Source: Allosphingosinicella sp.
GTDB taxonomy: Bacteria; Pseudomonadota; Alphaproteobacteria; Sphingomonadales; Sphingomonadaceae
Assembly (NCBI RefSeq): GCF_044225925.1
Contig: NZ_JBGAHY010000020.1
DNA length: 64,000 bases
Direction: 5' to 3' (one strand)
Part shown: positions 1 through 8,204 of the stretch, in pieces
How the letters are laid out: every line of letters begins with the position of its first letter
Position numbering within the stretch: position 1 is the first letter of the stretch
Program-made: the position numbers and the translations under genes
Notes under the pieces: generated by a model
What the model was told of the DNA's origin: nothing
Database searches by the model: none
Seen by the model: only the letters and a program-made list of their open reading frames with translations

Positions 1-891
1 CTGCAAATTCACCTCGAGGAAATTGAGCGTGCCGGTCGCCGCGTCATAGCGGAACTCAAACCGGCCATAATCGAACGGGCGGAATTCCTCGGCCATGTTG
101 AGCGTCATCTCGGTGATGCGCGGCATCACCTCGGCATCCTCGAAATTCACCAGCTCATATTTGCTCGCCCGCTCCACCAGGTCGCGCTTCTCGTAATAGG
201 TGCGCAGATGGGTCGGGTCGGCCTGCTCGAACAGCATCATCGGCATCACCACCGGCTTGCCGTCGATGGTGATGACCGGGACCTCGACGTCGCTGCCGTT
301 GAGGAACGGCTCGACGATCGCGTCATGGCCTTCGCTGTGGATCGAGGCGACCGCGGCCTCGACCCCTGCCCAGTCGTGCGCGTCCTGCACGCCCCAGCTG
401 GCCGAGGAGGCGTTGGGCTTGATCACCAGTCGCTCACCGGCGGGGCAGCGCGCCTGCTCGACCGGGGCGCCGCGGCGGTAGATCGCCCAGGGCGCGGTCG
501 GCACGCCGCGCGCGGCGCAGGCCATCTTGGTGAGGTGCTTGTCGTCGGCGAGGCCGCGCAGGATCGGCGTTGCGCCGAGATAGGGAAGGCCGACCCGCGT
601 GCAGAGCAAGGGCAGCATCATCTCGCTGTTCAGGAAGCCGCCGCGGTTGAGCAAAGGGAAGAGGAAGTCGACGTCGGGCTTCTGGAAGAGAGCCTGATAA
701 TTGTCCTCGAGCACCAGGTTCAGGCCCAGGCCCTGCAGCACCTCGCGCGTCTCGACATGATAGAGCGCGTGATTGCCGTCGTCCGGATGCAGCCCGCCCG
801 CCCATTTGGCGTGCTTGGCGATGAACATGATCCGCAGCCGTTCCTTGGCTTCGGCGGGGATCACGCGCGGCTCGATCGGGGAGATGGACAC
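1..891 (-). CDS. ATP-grasp enzyme, D-alanine--D-alanine ligase-like (3' end lies beyond the window start)
   Basis: Not in the ORF track. The minus-strand frame is open from 891 to 1, with GTG at 891-889 preceded by GGAG. My translation VSISPIEPRV...GERLVIKPNASSASWGV...FDYGRFEFRYDAATGTLNFLEVNLQ matches Ddl/ATP-grasp style motifs. Third-position G+C is strong. Confidence 0.6.
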   Translation of the reverse strand, partial: MSISPIEPRVIPAEAKERLRIMFIAKHAKWAGGLHPDDGNHALYHVETREVLQGLGLNLVLEDNYQALFQKPDVDFLFPLLNRGGFLNSEMMLPLLCTRVGLPYLGATPILRGLADDKHLTKMACAARGVPTAPWAIYRRGAPVEQARCPAGERLVIKPNASSASWGVQDAHDWAGVEAAVASIHSEGHDAIVEPFLNGSDVEVPVITIDGKPVVMPMMLFEQADPTHLRTYYEKRDLVERASKYELVNFEDAEVMPRITEMTLNMAEEFRPFDYGRFEFRYDAATGTLNFLEVNLQ

Positions 892-1011
892 GGGACTCCG
901 GAACTTTCTGATACAAAAAAGCCGGGCGGCCCCCTGTTCCCCTGCCGCGCCAGCCGATATTGACCGCCGTTAGTCGCCCCGCGAGGCGCGTGCAAGGTGG
1001 CAGCAAGTTTG

Positions 1012-2454
1012 ATGACAGTATGCGTTGAGAAACCCGATGCCGCCCGGCTGATGACCACAGGCGGCGATGCCCGCCTCGTCCTGAGCCCCGAGACCGGCCT
1101 GAACCGCTATTATAGCGCGCCGCGGCCGAGCGCCGCGCTGGCTTATGCCTCGTCTACCGCCAATGACGTCAGCGCGGCCGCTTATGCCCGGGCCGAGCAG
1201 GTGCTGGCCGAGCTTGGCCCGGCGCCGTCCGCAGCCGTCTATGCGGAGCGGCTGGAGGCGATTCGTGGGCGGATCCGGGCAGCCTATCGGGTGCCGGACG
1301 ATGTCCGCATCGTCTTCGCACCCTCGGGCACAGACCTTGAATATGTGGCGCTTGCCTTGGTCGCTGGCCGCGCGCCGGCCGGCACCCATGCGGTGCTGCT
1401 CGGCGCGGACGAGGTCGGCTCGGGCTGCATCCACAGCGCCCACGGCCTCTATTTCGCGAATGAGACCGCGCTCGGCAATGTCACCACGCCGGGCGAGCCA
1501 GTGCCCGGCCTGGGCGGCGTCTTTGTCGAGATGGTCGACATCCCGGTCCGCGACCGGATGGGCCGGGTCAGGCCTTCCCACTATATCGTCGAACGGATGC
1601 TGACCTCGGTCGCGGCGGCGACAGCGGCGAGCCGGCACAGCCTTGTCCATATCGTCCATGGCTCGAAGACCGGGCTGATCCTGCCGTCGCTCGAAGGTGT
1701 CGACCGGCTGTCGGCCGATGCGACTCTGGTGGTCGACGCCTGCCAGGCGCGGATCACCAGCCAGGCGGTGAACGACTATCTGGCGCGGGAGGCGATCGTC
1801 TTCGTCACCGGCTCCAAATTCATGGGCGGGCCGCCGTTCAGCGGCTTCGCTCTGGTCCCGGCGTCATTGGCCGAGCGGGCGCCAGCCTTGCCCGAAGGTC
1901 TCGCCACCATCTTCCGCCGTGGTGAATGGCCGGCGGGTTGGCCAGGCGCGCAGGCGCTGCCGGACTCCGCCAATATCGGGTTGCTGCTGCGGCTCGAGGC
2001 GAGCCTGTTCGAGCTGGAGCGCTTCCAGGCGCTGCCTGACGGGGCGGCGGAGCGGGTGATCCTGGCCTTCCACGCCGCGGTGCGCAGCGAGATCGTCGCG
2101 CGGACCGCCGCCCGCCGCGTCGCGCCTTACCCGCCCGGCCATGTCGAGGATGCGGACACCCATCCGATCGAGATGCGCACCCTTTCGACGCTCGATCTGT
2201 CCGCGCTGAAGCCGGGCGGGGCGACGTTCGAGGATGCGCAGGCCTGGCACAAGGCGATGGCTCTCGCGGGTGTCCGGGTCGGCCAGCCGGTCAAATGCGT
2301 CCGCCTTACGGACGGCCGCTGGGGCGCGACTTTGCGCATCGGCCTCGCGATGGGCCAAGTTGTCGATGCCGCGGTGCTGTCCGACGAGGCGCTGGCCGCG
2401 CGCTTCGAGACCGACATGGCCGCGATCCGCGAGGGGCTGACGGCAATCGTCTAG
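1012..2454 (+). CDS. PLP-dependent enzyme, class-V aminotransferase / SelA-like fold, function unknown
   Basis: Track ORF 997..2454; in-frame ATGs at 1012 and 1051 are the likelier starts. Motifs: FAPSGTDLEY and a TGSKFMGGPPFSG lysine motif resembling the SelA/class-V PLP lysine region. Divergent from the ATP-grasp gene. Confidence 0.45.
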   Translation: MTVCVEKPDAARLMTTGGDARLVLSPETGLNRYYSAPRPSAALAYASSTANDVSAAAYARAEQVLAELGPAPSAAVYAERLEAIRGRIRAAYRVPDDVRIVFAPSGTDLEYVALALVAGRAPAGTHAVLLGADEVGSGCIHSAHGLYFANETALGNVTTPGEPVPGLGGVFVEMVDIPVRDRMGRVRPSHYIVERMLTSVAAATAASRHSLVHIVHGSKTGLILPSLEGVDRLSADATLVVDACQARITSQAVNDYLAREAIVFVTGSKFMGGPPFSGFALVPASLAERAPALPEGLATIFRRGEWPAGWPGAQALPDSANIGLLLRLEASLFELERFQALPDGAAERVILAFHAAVRSEIVARTAARRVAPYPPGHVEDADTHPIEMRTLSTLDLSALKPGGATFEDAQAWHKAMALAGVRVGQPVKCVRLTDGRWGATLRIGLAMGQVVDAAVLSDEALAARFETDMAAIREGLTAIV

Positions 2455-3413
2455 TGCCGGCAGTAGCGGGCGCGCTCTTCGGGTGAGGCGCGCAGCCGGC
2501 TGTCGAGATAATAGCCGGCCAGCCGCTCCACGATCTGCTCGCTGCCGGCCGGGATGAAGCGGGCGGCGTCGCGCCGCCAGCCGGCGACGCATTCCGTCTT
2601 GGGCCGGGCCGACTGCCCGCAATCCATGAAAGCGTTGTAGGCGGCCCGCCAGGCGTTGAAGGCGGCGCGGTCCATCGGCGCGCCATGGCCGGGGATGAGG
2701 GTGGTGAAGGAGGTCGCAGCGATCTGGCCCAAAGCCGCGCGCCAGCCCTCGGGACAGGCCGTGTCCATGAACGGCACCGGCCCGACGACGAGATCGCCGG
2801 CGATGACCAGCCGGAGCGAGGGGTCGTAGATCCAGACGTCGCCCTCGGTCGCAGCATAGGAGGCGAGGTTCACCTGCAGGCGGCGGCCGGCAACCACCTG
2901 CATGCCGGAGCGGGTGACGGGCCGGGTCGGGCGGAGGCGATCGGGATGGTCCATCACGTCGAAGGCGCGCGTCAGCTCGGCGCGCATGCTCTCCGGAACC
3001 TGACCCGCCGCCAGCGCCTGCTCGGCGCCGCGCCGGCTGTTCGGAAGGAAGCCGGTCAGCGCGCCCTCGATCGCATTGCTGGCGTAGAGCGGCGCATTCG
3101 GGAAGGCGGCGCGGATCTCCGTGTTTCCGGTGCTGTGATCGAGGTGCCAGTGGGTGTTGACGATCGCGGCGATCGGTCGGCCGCGCTCGCGCGCATAAGC
3201 GAGCAGGGCGGCGGCGTGCTCCGGGTGGCGGCCGGTATCGACGAGAATCAGCCCGTGCGGCGCGTCGAGGAAGATGCTGTTGCCGTCGGGACCCTTTCGG
3301 CCCTGCGGGTCAACCTGCCCGGGGATCAGGTGCCAACCCGGCGCGGTGGCCGCGGCAGGCGCGCAGGCGCCGAGGCTGAGCAGGACGGCGAACATGAGGA
3401 CGAGGTTACGCAT
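2451..3413 (-). CDS. MBL-fold metallo-hydrolase, exported (lipoprotein-type signal)
   Basis: THWHLDHSTG (HxHxDH) motif; N-terminal MRNLVLMFAVLLSLGAC signal/lipobox. Confidence 0.8.
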   Translation of the reverse strand: MRNLVLMFAVLLSLGACAPAAATAPGWHLIPGQVDPQGRKGPDGNSIFLDAPHGLILVDTGRHPEHAAALLAYARERGRPIAAIVNTHWHLDHSTGNTEIRAAFPNAPLYASNAIEGALTGFLPNSRRGAEQALAAGQVPESMRAELTRAFDVMDHPDRLRPTRPVTRSGMQVVAGRRLQVNLASYAATEGDVWIYDPSLRLVIAGDLVVGPVPFMDTACPEGWRAALGQIAATSFTTLIPGHGAPMDRAAFNAWRAAYNAFMDCGQSARPKTECVAGWRRDAARFIPAGSEQIVERLAGYYLDSRLRASPEERARYCRH

Positions 3414-3515
3414 GGCGGATTCCCCCCAGAATCTGTCCCCGCGCCTGTGTAGCCGATGATCCGCGCCCGCCGCGCCCTATTCGGCCAAGTGCAGCCGCGC
3501 TTCGACGAGCAGCGT

Positions 3516-3893
3516 CTAGCGTGGAAGCGGGAACCGGCGCGCCAGATTGACCTCGATCGGGCCACGCGGTCGGGCCGGGATCATCCGGCGAAGATCCTGC
3601 CCCAGCCTGGCTGCGTCCCGGAACCGCCCCGGGTGGATGCAGAGCGTGACCTCGCCCTCGCGGCCCCAGGGGTGGCGGGTGAAATTGCGCACCCGGCGGT
3701 CCGTGCGGAGGCGGCGCTCGACGCGGGTCAGGGCCGGGCCGTCGATGCCCGCGCCGAAGCTGCCGAAGCTCATGCTGATCGGGCAATTGTCCGGCTGGTC
3801 CGGCGCGCGCGGCCCGGACGGCGGGGCCATGCGTGCGTCGGCGGCGGCGGCGGCGAACAGGGCCGTGACGGCGAGCAGGATCGGCTTCAACAT
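3516..3893 (-). CDS. hypothetical secreted protein
   Basis: 125-aa ORF with an N-terminal signal-like MLKPILLAVTALFAAAAADA. No family recognised. Confidence 0.45.
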   Translation of the reverse strand: MLKPILLAVTALFAAAAADARMAPPSGPRAPDQPDNCPISMSFGSFGAGIDGPALTRVERRLRTDRRVRNFTRHPWGREGEVTLCIHPGRFRDAARLGQDLRRMIPARPRGPIEVNLARRFPLPR

Positions 3894-3999
3894 GCCTCCT
3901 TATTGCCTTCGCCCGAATGGCCCGAAGCTGAACGCCGTTGTGGAAAAGTCGGCTTTGCCCTTCGACTTCGGGGGCCGCCCGCCTTAGGCTTACCTCGGA

Positions 4000-4770
4000 A
4001 TGACCGAATCCGACGACGATTTCGAGCTGGATGCCGGGCCCGCCGCGAGCGAGGCCGAGCGGCTGACGCTCGACCTGGACGGGTGGGAAGGGCCGCTCGA
4101 CCTGTTGCTGACGCTGGCGCGCAGCCAGAAGGTCGACCTCGCCAAGATCTCGATCCTGGCCCTGGTCGAGCAATATCTCGCCTTCATCCACGACGCGAAG
4201 AAGCTCCGGCTGGAGATCGCCGCCGACTATCTCGTGATGGCCGCCTGGCTGGCCTATCTCAAATCCTGTCTGCTCCTGCCCAAGGACCCGAGCGTCGATC
4301 CCTCGCCGGAGGAGCTGGCGATGCGGCTGCAGCTGCGCCTGCAGCGGTTGCAGGCGATGCGCGAGGCCGGCGCCCGGCTGATCGGTCGCGACCGGATCGG
4401 CCGCGACGTCTTCATGCGCTCGGCGCCGGCAGGGCTGAAGGTGGTGCGCAAGTCCGCCTGGCAGGCCGATCTCTACGATCTGATCCGCGCCTACGGCATC
4501 GTCCGCGCGCGCACCGAGCCAAGCGTCCATATCGTGTCGCGCCGCCCGGTGATGACGCTGGACGAGGCACTGCACCGGCTGGAGACGATGATCGGCGCGA
4601 AGGTGGAGTGGACGCGGCTGGAGAGCTTCCTGCCAGCCACCAGCGATTCCGGATATCGCCGCTCCGCCCTTGCCTCCAGCTTCGTCGCGACGCTCGAGCT
4701 GGCGCGGCTTGGCAAGATCTCGCTGCAGCAGGACGGCGTCTTCGAGCCGCTTTATGTGAGGGCGGCATGA
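4000..4770 (+). CDS. scpA: segregation and condensation protein A
   Basis: LDLDGWEGPLDLLLTLARSQKVDLAKISILALVEQYLAFI is typical ScpA. The stop overlaps the scpB start. Confidence 0.9.
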   Translation: MTESDDDFELDAGPAASEAERLTLDLDGWEGPLDLLLTLARSQKVDLAKISILALVEQYLAFIHDAKKLRLEIAADYLVMAAWLAYLKSCLLLPKDPSVDPSPEELAMRLQLRLQRLQAMREAGARLIGRDRIGRDVFMRSAPAGLKVVRKSAWQADLYDLIRAYGIVRARTEPSVHIVSRRPVMTLDEALHRLETMIGAKVEWTRLESFLPATSDSGYRRSALASSFVATLELARLGKISLQQDGVFEPLYVRAA

Positions 4771-5381
4771 TCGAGTTGTCTGACGCCGAGCGGGCCGTCG
4801 AGGCCACCTTGTTCGCCGCCGCCGAGCCGATGAGCGCGACCGATATTGCGCTCTATGTCGGCGAGGGGGTCGATGTGAAGGCGGCGCTCGATACGTTGCA
4901 GGGCCATTATGCCGGGCGCGGCGTGGAGCTGGTGGAGCGGGGCGGGCGCTGGCATTTCCAGACCGCCGCCGATCTCGCCCATATCCTGCGCCGCGAGCGG
5001 GAGGAGAGCCGCAAGCTCAGCCGCGCCGCGGTCGAGACGCTGGCGATCATCGCCTATCACGAGCCGGTCAGCCGCGCCGAGATCGAGGCGATCCGCGGGG
5101 TGCAGATCTCCAAGGGCACGCTGGACGTGCTCATGGAGGCGGGCTGGGTCCGCCCCGCCGGCCGCCGCGAAGTGCCCGGCCGGCCGCTCACTTATGCGAC
5201 CACGCAGGAGTTCCTGTCCCATTTCGGGCTGAAGAGCCGTCGCGACCTGCCCGGAATGGACGATTTGCAGGCGGCGGGCCTGCTCGACCCGGTCGATACG
5301 GCGCTCGAAAGGCTCGGTCTGGGGACCCCGGACGAGGGCGATGACGAGGTCGAACTGGAAACTGACGCCGAAGACGCCTAG
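4767..5381 (+). CDS. scpB: segregation and condensation protein B
   Basis: This is the 3' part of track ORF 3456..5381. The ATG at 4767 overlaps the scpA TGA (ATGA). MIELSDAERAVEATLFAAAEPMS...ETLAIIAYHEPVSRAEIEAIRGV is typical ScpB. Confidence 0.85.
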   Translation: MIELSDAERAVEATLFAAAEPMSATDIALYVGEGVDVKAALDTLQGHYAGRGVELVERGGRWHFQTAADLAHILRREREESRKLSRAAVETLAIIAYHEPVSRAEIEAIRGVQISKGTLDVLMEAGWVRPAGRREVPGRPLTYATTQEFLSHFGLKSRRDLPGMDDLQAAGLLDPVDTALERLGLGTPDEGDDEVELETDAEDA

Positions 5382-5409
5382 ATTCAGGCTCGGCATGGGA
5401 GATTCTTAA

Positions 5410-5685
5410 ATGTTCAGCGGTGGTTTCAGCATCTGGCATTGGCTTATCGTCGGCCTTGTCGTCCTGCTCCTCTTCGGCAAGGGGCGCTTTTCCGACATGA
5501 TGGGCGACGTCGCCAAGGGCCTGAAAAACTTCAAGAAGGGCATGAGCGAGGAAGAGAGCGCCGAGCATCGGCGGCTGACCACGGACGCCGCCCAGCCCGC
5601 GCCGCCGCCCGCGGTGCCCGCGCCGCCCGCCGCCGCCGCCGCGCCGGCTGAGCCGACGGCCGAGCCCGATCGCAACCAGGCCTAG
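5410..5685 (+). CDS. tatA: twin-arginine translocase subunit TatA/E
   Basis: [36 protein letters not shown]. Confidence 0.9.
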   Translation: MFSGGFSIWHWLIVGLVVLLLFGKGRFSDMMGDVAKGLKNFKKGMSEEESAEHRRLTTDAAQPAPPPAVPAPPAAAAAPAEPTAEPDRNQA

Positions 5686-5713
5686 GCCCGGCTGACCCGG
5701 CGGAAAGGGCGCC

Positions 5714-6262
5714 ATGTTCGGAATCGATTCCGGCGAGCTGCTGATCATCGCGGTCGTCGCCCTGGTGGTGATCGGCCCGAAGGATCTGCCGCGCGTGATG
5801 CGCGGGATCGGCAATTTCGTCGGCAAGGCGCGCGGGATGGCGCGTCATTTCCGCGGCGGCATCGACACGATGATCCGCGAGAGCGAGCTGGCGGACATGG
5901 AGAAGAAGTGGCGGGCGGACAATGAGCGGATCATGCGCGAGCATCCGCTGCTGCCGACGCCCGCTTCGCCCGATGGCCAGCCCGCGCCTGAGGGGAAGTC
6001 GGGGTTCGAGGGCAAACCCATGCCCGAGGGCAAGGAAAGCTGGCCGGCCAAGGACGACTGGTTCGGGACGGACGGGGCGCCGATGGGCGAGCCCTGGCCG
6101 GAGCCGAAGGACCTGCCGCCGCCGCCCCGCCGGGCTGCGCGCGCCAACGACAATCGGCCGAAGCCGCCGCCTCGCCGCCCGAGCGCCGCTGCGGCCGGCG
6201 GTTCAGCCCCGCCCATTCCGAAAGCGACTCCCGCCGCGCCGTCCGGGGATGAGGGCGCATGA
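5714..6262 (+). CDS. tatB: twin-arginine translocase subunit TatB
   Basis: MFGIDSGELLIIAVVALVVIGPKDLPRVMRGIGNFVGKAR, followed by a Pro-rich tail. Confidence 0.9.
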   Translation: MFGIDSGELLIIAVVALVVIGPKDLPRVMRGIGNFVGKARGMARHFRGGIDTMIRESELADMEKKWRADNERIMREHPLLPTPASPDGQPAPEGKSGFEGKPMPEGKESWPAKDDWFGTDGAPMGEPWPEPKDLPPPPRRAARANDNRPKPPPRRPSAAAAGGSAPPIPKATPAAPSGDEGA

Positions 6263-7068
6263 GCGACGCCGATCTCAGGTCCGGCGAGGACGAGGAGCTC
6301 GACAAGAGCAAGGCGCCCTTGCTCGAGCATCTGATCGAGCTGCGCCGCCGCCTGCTCTGGTGCGTGGTGGTGCTCGCCGTCTCCTTCGGCCTCTGCCTGT
6401 GGCAGGCGCGGCCGATCTTCGCGTTCCTCGCCCAGCCTTTGGTGAAGGCGATGGAGAGCATGCCCGGCGGGGCGCGGCTGATCTACACCAGCATTTTCGA
6501 GGCCTTCTTCGCCGAGATCACGGTGGCCTTCTTCGCCGCCCTGATGATCTCCTTCCCGTTCGTCGCGAACCAGATCTGGCGGTTCGTCGCGCCAGGCCTC
6601 TACACGAGGGAGAAGAAGGCGTTCGCGCCCTTCCTGATCCTGACGCCCTTCCTGTTCCTCGCGGGCGCGGCCATGGCTTATTATGTCTGCATGCCGCTCG
6701 CCTTGCATTTCCTGCTTGGCTACCAGGGCAATATCGGCGGCGCGCAGACCGAGGCGCTCCCCGGCATCGGCAATTACCTGACCTTCTGCACCCGCTTCCT
6801 GTTCGGCTTCGGGATCGCCTTCCTGCTGCCGGTGCTGCTGATGCTGCTGGAGGCGGCGGGGCTGGTGACGCGGGCGCAGCTCAAGCGCGGGCGGCGCTAT
6901 GCGATCGTGATCGCCTTCGTGGTGGCGGCGGTGCTGACCCCGCCCGACGTGGTCTCGCAGCTGCTGCTCGCCGTGCCGCTCCTGTTCCTCTACGAATTCT
7001 CGCTGCTCGCCATCTGGTTCACCGAGAAGAAGCGGCGGAAGACGGCGGCGGCGCAGGACGCTTCGTAA
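6259..7068 (+). CDS. tatC: twin-arginine translocase subunit TatC
   Basis: 269-aa polytopic membrane protein. LLEHLIELRRRLLW... is a typical TatC N-terminus. The start overlaps the tatB stop. Confidence 0.9.
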   Translation: MSDADLRSGEDEELDKSKAPLLEHLIELRRRLLWCVVVLAVSFGLCLWQARPIFAFLAQPLVKAMESMPGGARLIYTSIFEAFFAEITVAFFAALMISFPFVANQIWRFVAPGLYTREKKAFAPFLILTPFLFLAGAAMAYYVCMPLALHFLLGYQGNIGGAQTEALPGIGNYLTFCTRFLFGFGIAFLLPVLLMLLEAAGLVTRAQLKRGRRYAIVIAFVVAAVLTPPDVVSQLLLAVPLLFLYEFSLLAIWFTEKKRRKTAAAQDAS

Positions 7069-7072
7069 AAAA

Positions 7073-7092
7073 GAGGCGCCCGAAGGCGCCTC
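7073..7092. terminator. GC hairpin between convergent tatC and the entericidin gene
   Basis: gaggcgcc-cgaa-ggcgcctc: perfect 8-bp stem, preceded by aaaaa. Confidence 0.55.
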
Positions 7093-7117
7093 AGTGCTCT
7101 GACCCTCGCAGGGGAGA

Positions 7118-7243
7118 TCAGGTGGCGCGATCGACCGCATTGGCCGCGGACTCGATGTCCCGGCCGGCGCCGCGCACAGTGTTGCAGGCCGCGGTGGCGA
7201 CGATGCAGGTCGACAGCGCCAGTATCGCGAACAGCTTCTTCAT
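7118..7243 (-). CDS. entericidin EcnA/B-family small lipoprotein
   Basis: 41 aa: MKKLFAILALSTCIVATAACNTVRGAGRDIESAANAVDRAT. AGGAGG lies 6 nt upstream of the ATG at 7243. The track ORF 7118..7504 is an over-extension. Confidence 0.8.
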   Translation of the reverse strand: MKKLFAILALSTCIVATAACNTVRGAGRDIESAANAVDRAT

Positions 7244-7394
7244 CAGATCCTCCTGAACCGGAGGCCGGTCTCGGGCGCCGGCCTGTTGATTCAGGTAAAT
7301 GTCCGCCCTTCGGATCGGTTCCCCCGGGCGCGACAGGCCGAAACGATCCGCGCCGAAGCGAGCGGTGTACCGTGGAAGCCAGGCGGGGAGCCCC

Positions 7395-7497
7395 AAAAAT
7401 TTTGAGCCCGGACGCGCTACCGGGGGGGGGAGGTTGGCGCGTCCGGGCTCATGTTCTGGATAGCGAGAGCGGGGGGGCAAAAGGTCACTATCCAAGT
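7395..7497 (-). ncRNA. candidate EcfG-dependent small RNA (GsrN-like), about 100 nt
   Basis: It lies directly downstream of a perfect GGAAC-N16-CGTT motif. Stem-loop 1 spans 7494-7457 (UUGGAUAG/CUAUCCAG, loop with a C7 run). Stem-loop 2 spans 7450-7404 (perfect 14-bp stem GAGCCCGGACGCGC/GCGCGUCCGGGCUC, 19-nt loop with a C9 run) and is followed by AAAAUUUUU. No convincing ORF. Confidence 0.5.
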
Positions 7498-7502
7498 CGC
7501 TC

Positions 7503-7527
7503 AACGAGGCCGGGGGGCGTTGGTTCC
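7503..7527 (-). promoter_or_regulatory. EcfG (ECF15)-type promoter motif GGAAC-N16-CGTT
   Basis: Minus strand: GGAAC (7527-7523), 16-nt spacer, CGTT (7506-7503). It sits in the ecn / lipoprotein intergenic region. Confidence 0.5.
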
Positions 7528-7639
7528 GTCATTCCGAGTCTTTTTTCGCAGGGGCGAAATTTTTCCGCCGCCTGTGGCGATGGCTTGCCTGCGGGGCCGA
7601 AAGGGGAGAGGCTGGCCGCTCCAGAAGGGGGGAGCGATC

Positions 7640-8197
7640 ATGAGGACCTTTATCTTCCTGGCCGGCGCGGCGGCGCTGCTGGCTGGCTGCAACAAGGATG
7701 CGGAGAAGCAGACGGCAGAGGGCATGGTCCGGGCGGCCCTGGTCGGCCAGGGCACCGTGCAAGCGATCAATCTCAGCAAGCAGTCCGACAACAATTATGC
7801 CGGCACCGCGACGCTCCGCACGCCGGACGGTCGGACGGTGACGCTCAATTGCACGGCGCGTCGTACCGGCCCCGATTCGAACGCCAATTTCAGCGCCAGT
7901 TGCGGGCAGGTACTGGACCAGGCCCTGCTCGACGAAATCAAGGGTCTGATGCGCCAGGCGCTCGAGCGGCAGGGAGCCACCGTGGTGCAGCTCGAACTGA
8001 CCAAGCAGGACGAGGATCATGCCACCGGCTCCGGCGAGATTCGCGATCCGGCGGGGCAGACAGTGCATCTGACCTGCAGCGCGACACGGCAGGACAATGG
8101 CCGCTTCAACCCGCAATGCGACCCGGTCGGGGACGCTCAGCCGGCAGCCGCACCCGCCGCGGGCGAGCAGGAAGCGCCCGCGGAAAACGCCCAGTAA
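7640..8197 (+). CDS. hypothetical lipoprotein
   Basis: The ATG at 7640 is preceded by GGGGGGAG. MRTFIFLAGAAALLAGC lipobox. The upstream part of the track ORF (7451..) is not signal-like. Confidence 0.6.
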   Translation: MRTFIFLAGAAALLAGCNKDAEKQTAEGMVRAALVGQGTVQAINLSKQSDNNYAGTATLRTPDGRTVTLNCTARRTGPDSNANFSASCGQVLDQALLDEIKGLMRQALERQGATVVQLELTKQDEDHATGSGEIRDPAGQTVHLTCSATRQDNGRFNPQCDPVGDAQPAAAPAAGEQEAPAENAQ

Positions 8198-8204
8198 CGT
8201 CCGT

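Noticed and set aside
3406-7140. Long track ORFs 3406..4575(-), 3456..4766(+ part of 3456..5381), 4752..5396(-), 5188..5826(-), 5845..7140(-) and 5922..7256(+).
   Set aside because: They overlap scpA, scpB and tatABC in other frames or antisense. Their translations are Arg/Pro/Gly-rich with no motifs, as expected for shadow ORFs in high-GC DNA.
7244-7504. The 5' extension of track ORF 7118..7504 (128 aa) as a real protein.
   Set aside because: Only the last 41 codons form a recognisable entericidin lipoprotein with its own AGGAGG RBS. The upstream part has a TTG start, poor third-position bias, and is occupied by the hairpins of the candidate sRNA.
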